Shown: positions 21,738 through 34,798, counted from the first letter of the stretch. The stretch is DNA of 64,000 nucleotides from an uncultured delta proteobacterium (GCA_963804955.1 CAWDSQ010000008.1:96001-160000); one strand, 5' to 3'. Notes: generated by a model not told the origin, from the letters alone. A program made the numbers and translations.

Positions 21738-21864
21738 TCGAGAGCCGGCACAGGGGATATCTGCGATGCAGGCCCCGACTGCGGCAGCGATGGCCAGCCC
21801 GTGCGTGAGGCTGTTTGCAGGCTGCACGGTGAAGGTAGTTGTTTTATCAGATAAAGTGTTATGC

Positions 21865-21896
21865 ATGCCCGGCCGCTATCTGCAGCGGCCGGGCAT
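21865..21896. terminator. GC hairpin between convergent genes
   Basis: ATGCCCGGCCGCT-ATCTGC-AGCGGCCGGGCAT. Confidence 0.55.
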
Positions 21897-22083
21897 TTGA
21901 TTATATAAAAGTGCAGATACAGTATCATTCTATTGAAAGAGCAGAAAGGCCATACTTTTTGCCCCCATGTTCTCATATGTAATTTGGTAAAACAGGCCCA
22001 GGTAACTGCGGGCTCGCCAATACGGTCGCTGCCGGTTGTTTGCTCTGTGCCGGTTCCGGGTGTTTTCTCGCAGGATAACGCCA

Positions 22084-23049
22084 TCAGGAGTCTTTAGGGG
22101 GCGGGGGCAGTTCAAGCTTCTTGAAGTCCGGCAGCTGCTCTTCCATATACGTCCTGATTTTACCGACAAGACGGGATTCGATCTGCCGCACGCGCTCTTT
22201 GGTAATGCCGTATCTGTCGCCGATGGACTGCAGCGTGACAGGTTCTTCGGAAAGGATGCGCTGTTCCAGAATCTCAAGCTCCTTGGCATCGATGGTTTCC
22301 TTGAAATCGAGCAGCTTGCTGCTGAATATCTGCTGAAGTTCGGCGTTTGCGATCCGGGTATCGAACAGTTCGGTCATGTCTGAAATCATATCGCCGCGGG
22401 TTTCGCGCCAGTCATCTCCCACGGGGTGATCAAGCGACGGCTCCCAGTCACCGAGGCGCTGCTCCATTTCGATCACCTTATCCTCCCCGGTTTCAAACGC
22501 TTCGGCCAGGCGCGCCGGGCCCGGATAGAACCCCATTTTTTCAAGCCGGTTTTTTTCCTTCTGCAGGTTGAAGAAAAGCTTGCGCTGCACCTGCGTGGTG
22601 CCGATTTTCACCAGCCGCCAGTTGTCCATGACGAATTTCAGAATATAGGCCTTAATCCAGTATGAGGCATAATAGGAAAGCTTGGCGCCGCGGTAGGGGT
22701 CGAAGTTTTTCACGGCCTGCATGAGACCGAGATTACCCTCCTGAATGAGATCCATGAGATTGAGCATCCACTGGCGCTGATAGTCCAGGGCAATCTTGAC
22801 GACAAGGCGCAGGTTTGCCGTCACAAGGTGATAGGCGATTGCCCTGTCTCCCGTTTCGCGGTAACGTACGGCAAGGGCTTTTTCCTCCTCGGGAGTCAGC
22901 AGCGGTATGCGCCGCACTTCGGCAAGATAGGCCTGCAGCGGGTCGGCGGAAACAGGCACGGGCGGCAGCGGCAATCCCTCCTGCCCGTTCTTTTCGTCAT
23001 CACTTTCCAGTTCGTGGCCGTCTAAAGGCTCAAGAAGTTCATCGTTCAT
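22084..23049 (-). CDS. rpoH: RNA polymerase sigma-32 factor
   Basis: Region 2 [11 protein letters not shown], RpoH box [16 protein letters not shown], region 4 TKERVRQIE. Confidence 0.88.
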   Translation of the reverse strand: MNDELLEPLDGHELESDDEKNGQEGLPLPPVPVSADPLQAYLAEVRRIPLLTPEEEKALAVRYRETGDRAIAYHLVTANLRLVVKIALDYQRQWMLNLMDLIQEGNLGLMQAVKNFDPYRGAKLSYYASYWIKAYILKFVMDNWRLVKIGTTQVQRKLFFNLQKEKNRLEKMGFYPGPARLAEAFETGEDKVIEMEQRLGDWEPSLDHPVGDDWRETRGDMISDMTELFDTRIANAELQQIFSSKLLDFKETIDAKELEILEQRILSEEPVTLQSIGDRYGITKERVRQIESRLVGKIRTYMEEQLPDFKKLELPPPPKDS

Positions 23050-23442
23050 GAAATTCGACCAGAAAAAATTAGCTTAGTAGTCCTATTATTCCTATGATTG
23101 GCGGGTATTTGTCAATTGCGAAATACGGCAGCAGCCGGCGCCGCCTGGGCATGCTGCTGCTCAACTGTGTTCCGAAAGCGGCAAGGCTGCACCACAACTT
23201 CATTTTGTTTCCCGCAGAAACAGACCGGCTTGCGCGGTTCTTTTGAAAGGATGTGTTTTAATGCGAAGATGAACTGTCTCAATAACCACGCAGTACGTAT
23301 TTTGAAAACGGAAAACAACGCGTTTGGCGGTAAAATCCACCGCAGCAGGGTGCCCGCCACACACACTTTAAAAAAACGCTCAAAGAGCCTATCGTACTAT
23401 TAATAATCGAATATCTAAAATAAAGTGAAGTATTATTGATTC

Positions 23443-23460
23443 TAATGTATTAATACATTA
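23443..23460. promoter_or_regulatory. Perfect 18-bp palindromic operator upstream of gamma-CA gene
   Basis: TAATGTATTAATACATTA, bracketed by TGAAGTA/TACTTCA. Confidence 0.6.
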
Positions 23461-23509
23461 TACTTACTTCAGAAAACGAACTTAAATCCGGGTACAGAAA
23501 GGGGCTGCC

Positions 23510-24068
23510 ATGATACGAGAAAGCGTTGCAGGGGATGTTCCAAGAATTGACAACACGGCTTTTGTGGATCCGGCGGCTGTCATTATCGGCAGAGTCAGCA
23601 TAGGCCCCAACTGTTATATCGGGCCGGGGGTGGTCATCAGGGCCGACAGGTTTTCAAGCGACGATGACATTGCACGCATCACCATCGGCAGCGGCTGCTG
23701 CATTCAGGATCTTGCGATATTGCATGTGCATGCTGAAAACTCCATAGTCCGTGGGCGACGATACGGTCATCAATCACGGCGCCATTATTCACGGCACGAC
23801 CGCCATCGGCCGGAACTGCTTTATCGGCGCCAAAAGCGTCATAACCCATGCATTCCTTGGCGACAATGTCTTTACCCGGGTCATGTCGGTGATTGAAACC
23901 GTTAATATAGCATCAGATCGCTATATAGAAATAAACGCCGTCATCAATACGCAGGATGCCTCAGACCGCCTGCGGCAGATTACGGCCAAGGAACTGGACT
24001 TTATGAAACGCGCCGTGCTGGAAAACAGGGAATATGCCGTGCGGTACAAGTATTCTCTGGAAAAATAG
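23510..24068 (+). CDS. Gamma-carbonic anhydrase / hexapeptide-repeat family protein (one frameshift)
   Basis: AFVDPAAVIIGRVSIG..IRAD..IQD..LH..INHGAIIHG; ORFs 23510-23896 and 23751-24068. Confidence 0.8.
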
Positions 24069-24193
24069 AGATCTGCCGTCAGGGTTCAGACAGGCGCGAG
24101 GTCGACTTTCTTGCGCCCGGCAAAAAAAGACAAACAGAGACTCTTCTTTACCGCAGCGCCATAAGGCAGGGCTCTGTTATTTTGGAAATTGAG

Positions 24194-24620
24194 CTACAGG
24201 GCTTTTCCCGCCTTGCGCCACCGGTGCAGAAAATACTCTTCCACGTATTTTTTTTTATACGGCCTCCCGAGAAAGGTATTTTTGCAGCCCATATAGGCGC
24301 TGCACTCAAAAGGCTTTGCCCCCTGTATGGTGCAGCTGCCTTGCTCATCAAGAAACACGCATACCCCGCGCTCCTGGGCATAGTAATCAGGAGCAACCGT
24401 GCCCGGCTCTGCGACGAAGCGCTTGCCCTTGCGCTTGGCAGGCGCCAGGGCATAAATCGCGTCTTTGGGGCAGAGAAGAATTTTTATCAGATACTGCTCC
24501 CGCAGCCCGGCTTCTGTCAGGCCGAGCAGGCGGGCAAGTTTCTGCAGATCTTCTGGAACGAGCCTTCCCGGGTCATTGCGGCAGGCGCTGATGCATACCG
24601 GGCAGTTGCAGCTTTCCATG
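24194..24620 (-). CDS. YkgJ-family cysteine cluster (zinc/Fe-S) protein
   Basis: CxCxxCxxxC N-terminus, CVFL..CTIQGAKPFEC C-terminal motif. Confidence 0.7.
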
Positions 24621-24830
24621 CCTTGCGTCCTTTCGTAACTTGATGCATTTTTTATACAGCATGTTTGTATCAGCAACCTGCTGTGCTGTCACGTGCTTTC
24701 TCCGGAGCTGCCACTGCAGCCTTTGCCATTGACATCTTTATGAACCGGGTGTATGTGCTCACGGTGATCAGGGCCTGGCCCCGCCGGCAGCCCCTTGATT
24801 TACACTACTATCAAGCTTATTATACACTGC

Positions 24831-25646
24831 ATGCTTTCCAAAAAACTCCATGCCTATCTTGAATCCCTGTACGTCACCTACAACCGACGCGAGTTCGTAG
24901 CTCCCGATCCGCTGCAGTTTTTGTATGCGTATGCCGACCCCGGCGACCGGGAAATTGCAGCCCTTGTCTGCTCAACGCTTGCCTATGGCCGGGTGGTGCA
25001 GATACTGCGCAGTCTCGAAACGGTGCTGGCCCGGCTCGGACCTCACCCTGCCGACTTTATTGTGAAGGCCACACGCGGTGAACTGAGGCTTGCACTGTCC
25101 GGCATCAAGCACCGGTTCACGTCAGGCGAAGAGCTCGCGCACCTGCTGTCCGGCGCGAAGAAGATACTGCGCAAACACGGCTCCCTCGGGCAGTGCCTGA
25201 GAAGCCATATCTCTCCTGGCGATACAACCATTCTTCCCGCCCTTGAACGGTTTACAATCGATCTGCAGGAAGCTTCAGGCGGGCTTGATCTCTATACGCT
25301 GCCATCGCCCGCCCGCGGCAGCGCCTGCAAGCGGCTGAATCTCATGCTTCGGTGGATGGTCCGCCGCGACGATGTAGATCCGGGCGGATGGCCGGGCATT
25401 TCGCCTTCGCTGCTTGTCATTCCGCTTGATACGCATATGGATGCCATCGGCCGGTCGCTCGGATTCACCTGCCGCAAACAGGCGGATTTGAAGGCAGCCC
25501 TTGAAATTACTGACGGGTTCAGAAATCTCTGCCCCCATGACCCTGTGCGCTATGATTTCGCCCTCACGCGCTTCGGCATACGAAGCGATCTTGAAATCAA
25601 GCATGTCACCGGAGCCATTAAAGATCTGTGCAAGCCTCTGCCATGA
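24831..25646 (+). CDS. TIGR02757 / DUF2400 family protein
   Basis: DPLQFL, LAYGRV, SACKRLNLMLRWMVRRDDVD, PLDTH, DPVRYDFAL. Confidence 0.85.
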   Translation: MLSKKLHAYLESLYVTYNRREFVAPDPLQFLYAYADPGDREIAALVCSTLAYGRVVQILRSLETVLARLGPHPADFIVKATRGELRLALSGIKHRFTSGEELAHLLSGAKKILRKHGSLGQCLRSHISPGDTTILPALERFTIDLQEASGGLDLYTLPSPARGSACKRLNLMLRWMVRRDDVDPGGWPGISPSLLVIPLDTHMDAIGRSLGFTCRKQADLKAALEITDGFRNLCPHDPVRYDFALTRFGIRSDLEIKHVTGAIKDLCKPLP

Positions 25647-25783
25647 GGGTATGACGCACCGCTCTGCACATGTGCTGAAACCCGCAGGCCGATTGAGTCC
25701 GCCTGCTGCTTCTTCTGCAATTGTATAGTGGGCCGGGCTGCAGGGCTCTAGAAATCTCATGGGGCAGGCACACCGGTTTGCCC

Positions 25784-28273
25784 CTACTCCGGATTGTCCA
25801 CAAGGGGAATATCAATGCTGCCCACATCCCATATATCGCGGGCATACTCGGCAATGGTGCGGTCGCTTGAAAACTTGCCGCATCGGGCCACATTGAGAAT
25901 GGACATGCGCGTCCAGCGCTTTTTCTCAAGATAGGCCTTTTCCGCCTGGTCCTGAGCGGCAACATAGGCGTCGAAGTCGGCCATCAGGCAGAATTCGTCA
26001 TGGTGCAAAAGCTCATCGTAAATAGGGCGAAACAGGCCCGGTTCATGAGGCAGAAAAAAATCTGTTCCGATCAGCCGCATTACCTGCTGCAGCATGGCCG
26101 ATCCGGCCACATACTGGCCGGGATCATATTTCCCGCGTTTGAGATCGACAACCTGATCGTTATTGAGGCCGAAAATAAAAATATTTTCAGGCCCGACTTC
26201 CTCAAGAATTTCCACATTGGCGCCATCGAGCGTTCCGATGGTGACTGCACCGTTCAGGGCGAACTTCATATTACCCGTTCCTGATGCCTCCTTGCCGGCC
26301 GTTGAAATCTGCTCGGAAAGGTCGGCGGCCGGTATCAGGCGCTCGGCAAGAGACACCCGGTAGTTGGGCAGGAACACCACGCGCAGGAAATCGTTTACAT
26401 CGGGGTCATTATTGATGACCTGGCCGATGGCATTGATGAATCGAATAATGAGCTTTGCCTTGTGGTAGCCGGGCGCTGCCTTGCCGCCTATAATGCAGGT
26501 GCGGGGAAGGCGACGCGCGGAGGGTATGTCCTTCAGCTCCAGGTACTTTGCGGTAATGTACAGCGCGAAGAGCAGCTGCCGCTTGTACTCGTGCATGCGC
26601 TTGACCTGCACATCGATAAATGAATCCGAATGAATCTCTATCCACTCCTCGTCCCAGATCGATTCGGCAAGGCGGCGCTTGCAGGCAAGCTTCACCGCGC
26701 GCCAGCGGTCCTGGAAACCGCCGTCATCGGCAAAATTCTCAAGCTCCCGCAAACGGGTAAGGTCCTTGACCCACCCATCGCCGATGGCCTCGGTAATGAG
26801 CTCGGAAAGGCCCGGATTGGCCACTCGCATCCAGCGCCGCGGGGTAACGCCGTTGGTCTTGTTGTTGAACTTGTCGGGCCAGAATTCGTGAAAGTCCCGC
26901 AGCAGCGTTTCCCGCAGCAGCCGCGAGTGCAGCTCGGCCACGCCGTTCACCGAGTGGCTGCCGACAACGGCAAGGTGGGCCATGCGTACGCGCTTTTCAG
27001 AGCCTTCGGCCACGATGGACATGCGGCCGATGCGCGCCTCGTCGCCGGAAAAGCGCGCGGCGACAGCCTCCAGAAATTTATGGTTGATGAGATAGATGAT
27101 CTCCAGATGCCGCGGCAGCACGCGCTGAACAAGAGACACGGGCCACTCTTCGAGCGCTTCGGGCAGCACAGTGTGGTTGGTGTACCCGAAGGTCCGGACA
27201 GTTATATCCCAGGCTTCGTCCCAGCCCATGTTCTCTTCGTCGGTCAGGAGCCGCATGAGCTCGGGAATTGCCATGGCAGGATGCGTGTCATTGAGCTGGA
27301 TTGCGACCTTTTCAGGCAGAGCTTTCAGATCGCTGTTTTCGCTTTTAAACCGCCGCAGAATATCCTGGAGAGCGGCCGACACGAGAAAGTATTCCTGCCT
27401 GAGGCGCAGTTCCCTGCCCTCGAAAAAATTATCATTCGGATAGAGCACCTTGGTGATATTTTCGCTTTTGACCTTGGTCTGGCAGGCAGCCATATAGTCG
27501 CCGGCATTGAAGTCATTGAGTGAAAATTCCTCCGTGGCTTTCGATGACCACAGGCGAAGGGTGTTGACATTGTTGATGTCATAGCCCGGTACGGGTGTGT
27601 CATAGGGCATGGCGATTACCTCTTCGCCGCCCCACCACACGGTCTTTGACCTCCCGAACACGTCGGGCTTGTGGTCGACGGCGCCGCCGAAGCGCACCTT
27701 GAAGGTATACTCGGGCCGGGGCACCTCCCAGGGATTGGTGCGGGCAAGCCAGTTGTCGGGCGTCTCTATTTGAGCGCCATGCACAATCCGCTGGTTGAAA
27801 AGGCCATACTCATAGCGCAGTCCGTAGCCGTGGGCAGGAATTCCCATTGTTGCCATGGAGTCGATAAAGCATGCCGCCAGCCGCCCCAGCCCGCCATTGC
27901 CCAGGCCGGCGTCAACTTCATAGCTGCGGATGGTCTCAAGGTCCATACCGAGCTCTTTCAGCGCTTCGCGGCAGGCATCATGGAGGCCGAGATTCGTCAG
28001 GCTGTCTTCCAGGGAGCGCCCGAGCAGAAACTCCATGGACAGATAATAGACGCGCTTGACATTGCGGTTGTGGTAGGTCTGCTGCGTCGAGATCCAGCGC
28101 TCAACCAGGCGCTCCAGCACGGCATAGGCCGTGCTCAGGAAGCGGTCATAGGCTGTGGCGCTGTACTGGTCTTTGGCCAGGCGGTATTCAAGGTTTGAGA
28201 GAATAGATGCCTTGAATGCCTCAATATCATTGCCCTTGTGGTGGATGTGCCAATTGAATGATGCTGCTGTCAT
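25784..28273 (-). CDS. glgP: Glycogen/starch phosphorylase
   Basis: DAGLGNGGLGRLAACF, QLNDTHP, EASGTGNMKF PLP-lysine motif; intact ORF. Confidence 0.96.
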   Translation of the reverse strand: MTAASFNWHIHHKGNDIEAFKASILSNLEYRLAKDQYSATAYDRFLSTAYAVLERLVERWISTQQTYHNRNVKRVYYLSMEFLLGRSLEDSLTNLGLHDACREALKELGMDLETIRSYEVDAGLGNGGLGRLAACFIDSMATMGIPAHGYGLRYEYGLFNQRIVHGAQIETPDNWLARTNPWEVPRPEYTFKVRFGGAVDHKPDVFGRSKTVWWGGEEVIAMPYDTPVPGYDINNVNTLRLWSSKATEEFSLNDFNAGDYMAACQTKVKSENITKVLYPNDNFFEGRELRLRQEYFLVSAALQDILRRFKSENSDLKALPEKVAIQLNDTHPAMAIPELMRLLTDEENMGWDEAWDITVRTFGYTNHTVLPEALEEWPVSLVQRVLPRHLEIIYLINHKFLEAVAARFSGDEARIGRMSIVAEGSEKRVRMAHLAVVGSHSVNGVAELHSRLLRETLLRDFHEFWPDKFNNKTNGVTPRRWMRVANPGLSELITEAIGDGWVKDLTRLRELENFADDGGFQDRWRAVKLACKRRLAESIWDEEWIEIHSDSFIDVQVKRMHEYKRQLLFALYITAKYLELKDIPSARRLPRTCIIGGKAAPGYHKAKLIIRFINAIGQVINNDPDVNDFLRVVFLPNYRVSLAERLIPAADLSEQISTAGKEASGTGNMKFALNGAVTIGTLDGANVEILEEVGPENIFIFGLNNDQVVDLKRGKYDPGQYVAGSAMLQQVMRLIGTDFFLPHEPGLFRPIYDELLHHDEFCLMADFDAYVAAQDQAEKAYLEKKRWTRMSILNVARCGKFSSDRTIAEYARDIWDVGSIDIPLVDNPE

Positions 28274-28439
28274 GACGGTCTCCCCCGCGATACCGGTCAA
28301 ATATTTGTCGGGTTATGTCCGCCTCGGCGGATCAATCCGGCCTGCGAGCCGGACAGGATGGGTTTCAAACAGATCTCTGCAAATCAATGTCCAGTGTGTA
28401 TACAGCGTAGCATACCCCGCCGGTTCGCTCAAGGCAGGT

Positions 28440-29816
28440 TTAATCTTCATAGACTATGCCGTACTCGGCAATCTTACTCAGCAGCGCGGGATAGCTCAGC
28501 TCGAGCAGCCTGGCTGCCTGGCTTTTATTGCCATGGGTGCGCTTGAGGGCCTTGCGGATGAACTGCTCCTCGATTATCCGGCTCATGACTTTTATTGAAA
28601 AAATGTCATCGGTGAAACGCTTGCCGCCCTGCTTCTGGAACTGGGCAACGGGCGCGGGGATGTCATCGGCGTCGATGCGGTCTTTTTCCGAGAGTATCAT
28701 GGCGCGCTCGACCATATTTTCAAGCTCCCGGATATTGCCGGGCCACGGGTAGGCAAGCAGCAGCCGCATGGCCGCGGGCGTCGCACCCGTGCAGGCAAGG
28801 CCATGGCTTTTATTGTATTTTGCTATGAAATGATCGACCAGCAGATGGATGTCTTCCAGCCGTTCGCGCAGCGGCGGCAGATGAACAGGCAGCACATTCA
28901 GGCGGTAGTACAGGTCTTCGCGAAAAGAGCCTTTTTCAACCTCGACCAGCAGGTCCTTGGCCGTTGCCGCGATCACGCGCACGTCAACCGAAACAGCCCG
29001 CTCTTCGCCAACCCGCCTGACCTCGCCTTCCTGCAGCGCCCGAATAAGCTTCACCTGCAGGTTAATCGGTATATCGCCGATTTCATCCAGGAAAAGCGTG
29101 CCGCCGTCAGCCTCTTCAAAAAAGCCCTTGCGGTCCTGAATGGCGCCGGTAAACGAGCCCTTTTTGTGGCCGAACAGTTCGCTTTCCAGCAGGCTGTCTG
29201 GTATGGCGCCGCAGTTGATGCCCAGAAACATACGGTCTTTGCGGGGGCTGGTTTCGTGGATGGCCCGGGCCACAAGCTCCTTGCCCGTGCCCGATTCGCC
29301 CGTGATGAGAACCGAGCTTTTGAATGCCGCCACTTTTCCAATAAGCTCGCATATGCCCTGCATCTGCGGGCTTTTGCCAATGAGATTCTCAAACCCGTAC
29401 AGCTGCTTGAGCTGGCCGCGCAGCTGCCGGTTTTCTTTTTTCAGCCGCTCCCGCTCTTCCGCCTTTTTCAGCACCAGAAGAATTTCAGCCGGCTTGAACG
29501 GCTTTGAAATAAAGTCGTAGGCTCCGAGCTGCATGGTCTCGATGGCAAGATCCATGGTTCCATAGGCCGACATGGTGATAATGGTGGCGGTGCTGGTGCG
29601 GCCGGCGGCCTGCTTCAAAAATTCAATGCCGTCCATGCGCGGCATGCGCAGGTCGCAGAGAATGATGTCGAAGTCCTGCTGTTCAAGAAAGGCAAGGGCC
29701 TCCTGGCCGTCTGCGGCAAGGCAGACTTCAAAGCCTTCCTTTTCAAGCATCGACCGGAGCAGATGCCGCAAATTTTCTTCGTCATCAATGACGAGCAGTC
29801 GTTTTTGCTGTGTCAT
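28440..29816 (-). CDS. sigma54-dependent response regulator (NtrC/PilR/AtoC type)
   Basis: [31 protein letters not shown], Fis-type HTH. Confidence 0.93.
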   Translation of the reverse strand: MTQQKRLLVIDDEENLRHLLRSMLEKEGFEVCLAADGQEALAFLEQQDFDIILCDLRMPRMDGIEFLKQAAGRTSTATIITMSAYGTMDLAIETMQLGAYDFISKPFKPAEILLVLKKAEERERLKKENRQLRGQLKQLYGFENLIGKSPQMQGICELIGKVAAFKSSVLITGESGTGKELVARAIHETSPRKDRMFLGINCGAIPDSLLESELFGHKKGSFTGAIQDRKGFFEEADGGTLFLDEIGDIPINLQVKLIRALQEGEVRRVGEERAVSVDVRVIAATAKDLLVEVEKGSFREDLYYRLNVLPVHLPPLRERLEDIHLLVDHFIAKYNKSHGLACTGATPAAMRLLLAYPWPGNIRELENMVERAMILSEKDRIDADDIPAPVAQFQKQGGKRFTDDIFSIKVMSRIIEEQFIRKALKRTHGNKSQAARLLELSYPALLSKIAEYGIVYED

Positions 29817-29855
29817 TATCTCCCCGTTCTTAAAAGCGTCAAGGGTTGACGCGGG

Positions 29856-31362
29856 CTACTGCGGCGCCGCGGCAGGAAAGTGTATTGTAAAGGTTGTGCC
29901 CTGGCCGGGCTGGCTTGCAAAGGCAATGGAGCCTTCCATCACCTCGACAATGCGGTGCACATTTGCAAGCCCGAGCCCTGTGCCTTTAGCTCTGGTTGTG
30001 AAAAAGGGATCAAAAATTTTTCCCTGATGCTCGGGCGCAATGCCGTGGCCCGTATCTGCCACCGCAAGACAAATGCTGTTCCGGCCGGCGTCAGGCGTCG
30101 TTGTTATCGTCAGAGTGCCGCCGGAGCCTGCCATGGCATCGCAGGCATTGAGCGCCAGATTTAAAAGCAGTTGCCGCAGCAGCCGGTCATTGCCCCGAAC
30201 GGCAGGCAGCTCGCCTGCCGGATTCTGCAGGATCCGGATATTTTTGAATTCATTGTGGCAGGCAATCATGGCGCAGGTGTCATGAACGATATCATTAAGC
30301 TGCAGCTCGGTGATTTCCTGGGATGAAGGCTGGGCGAAATCCAGCAAATCGCCGATAGTGTTTTTCATCCGCTCGGTTTCATGCTCCATACGATTAAGGT
30401 AATCGGCGCGTTCAACATCGGTAACATCGGGAGAGCGCAAAAGGTGGATATACCCGAGTATGATGCCCGAGCGGATTTCCCACCTCATGGGCGATGCCCG
30501 CAGCCAGGCGGCCAACGGAGGCAAGCTTTTCCGTCTGGATTATTTCCCGCTGGGCCTGGTGCAGCTGAACGTTTTTCTCCTCAAGGGCCTGCATCTGTCC
30601 CCGCAGCCGCCCGCGCTCTGTTTTGAGATTATCAGCAAGGGATTTCAGGGCTGAGGAAAGCTTCTGCAGTTCATTGCCGCCGGACAGGAATAAAGGCAGA
30701 CCGCTTACGTTTTCCCGGGCAATATTTTCGGTCTGCCCGATGAGGCGCTGCATGGGGCTCACCAGGTAACGGCTGAACAGCAGAAACCCGACGATGAGCA
30801 GAATAACGGCGCTGGTGATGATATAGAGAAAAATAATGGCATATGCTTTTTTCATGCTGCGATGAATATCCTGCAGCGGCAGCAGGGCCTTCAGTACCCC
30901 GACGGGCTTTCCGGCAATGCGCAGGGGAGCGGCTGCAATAAGGCGGGGCCCGCTTGCAGCAAAGCGGTTTTCAATGCGTGTGGAGAGAGCTCCGGTTTCC
31001 AGCGCCCGGACGATATCGCCGTCAAACAGCAGGCGGCCGACCCGGCCCTGCGATGCCGCCAGCACCCTGTTGTCCCTGTCAACCAGAACAAGCTCAAGGC
31101 AGGTTCCGGAATCTATATAACGCCTGAACAGGGCCTGCAGCTCAGACCCTTCGAAAGGCGATTCCAGAAGCCCTGAATCCTTTTCAAGCATATGGGCCGC
31201 ACCTGTCTCAACTGCGGCAAAAATAGCTCCGCCTGAAAGCGCGCCCTCTCTGAGCAGCTCTTTCTCCATGACGCGGTACACCACAAAACTTATAAGTGCT
31301 GCTGCAAGCACCATAAGCAGTGAGAGATTCCAGAAAACGGTTGTGCGCAGGCTAACGTACAT
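29856..31362 (-). CDS. Membrane sensor histidine kinase with HAMP (one frameshift at the H-box)
   Basis: EKLASVGRLAAGIAHEVGNPLG, NLALNACDA, DTGHGI, FDPFFTT, GTGLGL. Confidence 0.88.
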
Positions 31363-31577
31363 GATTATGATTTCGGAGTTTGGATTTTGGATTTTTCAAA
31401 ATAGTGCCTGCTGCACAGTTTATTTTTTTGCGCATACCTGTTTCTCCCTGCGGTTTAAACGGCTGCGTGCCGAGCCAGCTGAAGGCCGGTATAAAAACCG
31501 TATGTCACCGGCATTATTTCAAAAGGCGCTGTCCGTATCGGTATCTGTTCCGCAATCGGCAATCCAAAACCCGCAAT
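31363..31577. repeat. Inverted heptamer-repeat arms (GATTTYG / CRCAATC) around an ORF-less spacer
   Basis: GATTTCGGAGTTTGGATTTTGGATT ... CCGCAATCGGCAATCCAAAACCCGCAAT. Confidence 0.55.
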
Positions 31578-31581
31578 ACTA

Positions 31582-32358
31582 TTACCCTTTTCCAAGCGTC
31601 AGGTACCAGTGCAGCAGTTCCGCGCCGTACAGCAGCGAGCAGAGCGCGCCCAGAGACAAAAACGGCCCGAAGGGAACGGCGTATTTCATGTCTTTGCCCT
31701 TGAGCATCATGACCGTAACGCCGATGATGCTTCCGGCAAAAGCTCCCACAACCAGCGCGACGAGCGCTCCTTTCCAGCCTAAAAATGCGCCGATCATGGC
31801 AAGCAGCTTGATGTCTCCACCGCCCATACCCTCTTTTTTTCTGAGATAATAATACCCTGCCGCCACGCCGTACAGCACGCCGCCGCCTACGAGAATACCG
31901 ATGGCGGACTCAAGCGGCGTTGTCCAGGGTACGACAAAGGAGCACAAAAAACACAGGGGTATGCCCGGCAGGCTTATCACATCAGGAATAATCTGCAGCT
32001 GCAGATCAATAAAGGTGACGACGATAAGCGCGGCACAAAAAATGAAGCTTAAAGCCAGAGGCAGCGAGAGGCCATACCAGAAGTAGAGGCCGGGAAGCAC
32101 CGCTGCTGTGAGCAGCTCAACAACAAAATACCTGAAGGGGATGGGCTGTTTGCAGTGGCGGCACCGGCCCCCCAGTATGATATAGCTGAGAAGCGGGATA
32201 TTGTCATAAAATGCGATAGGCTGTTTGCATTTCGGGCAATGCGAGGGCGGCATGACGATGGAGAGCTTTTCGGGTATGCGCACGATGCATACATTGAGAA
32301 AGCTTCCCACAATTCCCCCGAACACGAAGAGCAGGATCAGAATTAAAATTTCCGTCAT
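31582..32358 (-). CDS. pilD: Type IV prepilin peptidase / N-methyltransferase
   Basis: GSFLNVCIVRIP, SHCPKC..GRCRHC, FIDL, GMGGGDIKL, PFGPFL. Confidence 0.95.
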   Translation of the reverse strand: MTEILILILLFVFGGIVGSFLNVCIVRIPEKLSIVMPPSHCPKCKQPIAFYDNIPLLSYIILGGRCRHCKQPIPFRYFVVELLTAAVLPGLYFWYGLSLPLALSFIFCAALIVVTFIDLQLQIIPDVISLPGIPLCFLCSFVVPWTTPLESAIGILVGGGVLYGVAAGYYYLRKKEGMGGGDIKLLAMIGAFLGWKGALVALVVGAFAGSIIGVTVMMLKGKDMKYAVPFGPFLSLGALCSLLYGAELLHWYLTLGKG

Positions 32359-32487
32359 ACAAACAGCCCCTGTTCTGAAAAGGATGAATAGTGCACAGCG
32401 TCTTCTGGCAAACGGCGATGCTTTTTTATACTCTTTTCGGGGATTTTTGGAAATTAAATTAAATGCGCGCGGGAAAAGGGGGGAAAT

Positions 32488-32581
32488 TGGCGGAGAGAGA
32501 GGGATTCGAACCCTCGATACGCTTTAAAGGCGTATACTCGCTTAGCAGGCGAGCGCCTTCGACCTACTCGGCCATCTCTCC
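32488..32581 (-). tRNA. tRNA-Ser(GCT)
   Basis: GGAGAGATGGCCGAG..CTCGC-CTGCTAA-GCGAG..long variable arm..GGTTCGAATCC..CCA. Confidence 0.95.
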
Positions 32582-32648
32582 GCGATACGTTCTGAAAGCC
32601 CCTCAGCAGCGGTATGCTGGAAACGGAGCTTTCCCGGTGATTGCAATG

Positions 32649-32734
32649 TGGCGGAGGGAGTAGGATTCGAACCCACGGACGTTTCCGTCAACGGTTTTCA
32701 AGACCGCCGCCTTCAACCACTCGGCCATCCCTCC
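32649..32734 (-). tRNA. tRNA-Ser(TGA)
   Basis: GGAGGGATGGCCGAGTGG..GCGGT-CTTGAAA-ACCGT..GGTTCGAATCC..CCA. Confidence 0.95.
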
Positions 32735-32822
32735 GAGGGGAAAAACACTACCATTATCGGGCTGTGCAAGTCAAGTGCCGTTTTTTGGCGGACGCCGCGG
32801 CAAGAGCTGTTTTTACGCAGGG

Positions 32823-34101
<1,279 letters not shown>

Positions 34102-34149
34102 GGTGTACACCATCCTTGATTATATTTTGCCTGCCGGCTTGGGGTGCCT

Positions 34150-34278
34150 TCACATTTTATTTTGCAGTCTGCCCCTACCTCAGTGCGTCGCCCTGTCTCG
34201 AAGAGGCAGTTATTTGTCCGTACGTCGGGTGAGGCTTGAAGCGCAACGAGCTTGTTGAATTCATAATGTAAAATGTGA
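34150..34278. repeat. REP/MITE-like ~130-bp element with 10-bp terminal inverted repeats
   Basis: TCACATTTTA (34150-59) / TAAAATGTGA (34269-78); internal CCTCA/TGAGG pair and CTGTCTC-GAA-GAGGCAG hairpin. Confidence 0.5.
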
Positions 34279-34288
34279 TAGCCTGCTG

Positions 34289-34798
34289 CTAGGCGCTTTT
34301 CAGCCACTTCTGAAATTTTTTATACCCCGCGTCCTTCCACTGCTCGCCGTGCACGTCCATAAGAAACTCGGTGTACAGCCCGTCCAGCAGTGTATTGAGC
34401 GACTCTATGCACATGATGCGGCCGAAGAACTGTTCGTCCTTGTCAGCAGCTTTGGGCATGTCGATCTTAAGGCCCGCAAGTTCCATGCGGTCGCCCCGCA
34501 GGGTGAATGTCCAGGTGTTTTCCCCCTTCTCGATGCGCAGCCTCGCCTCGCGAGCCTTCTTGCCCGCCCGCACCGCAAGCTTGATGTCCTGATTGGTGAA
34601 GTCATCGCCCGTATAGGAGACGCTGTTGGGAGGGGCGGCCCGGTCGTCTTCCATGACGATCTTGCCGTCGATCCAGAGAAAAAAGATGTCGCCCGAGGCC
34701 ATCTCAATCTTGCCCGCGCTCTGGTCGGTTTTGTAGCAGAGCCAGGTGAGAAAATCACGGCCGAAGGTGTTCTGTTTGCGGATGGCCTCGTCATTCAT
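34289..34798 (-). CDS. RdgC-like protein, C-terminal-half type
   Basis: FGRDFLTWL..AVRAGKK pattern typical of the partner of split RdgC in deltaproteobacteria; overlaps the upstream gene. Confidence 0.6.
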   Translation of the reverse strand: MNDEAIRKQNTFGRDFLTWLCYKTDQSAGKIEMASGDIFFLWIDGKIVMEDDRAAPPNSVSYTGDDFTNQDIKLAVRAGKKAREARLRIEKGENTWTFTLRGDRMELAGLKIDMPKAADKDEQFFGRIMCIESLNTLLDGLYTEFLMDVHGEQWKDAGYKKFQKWLKSA

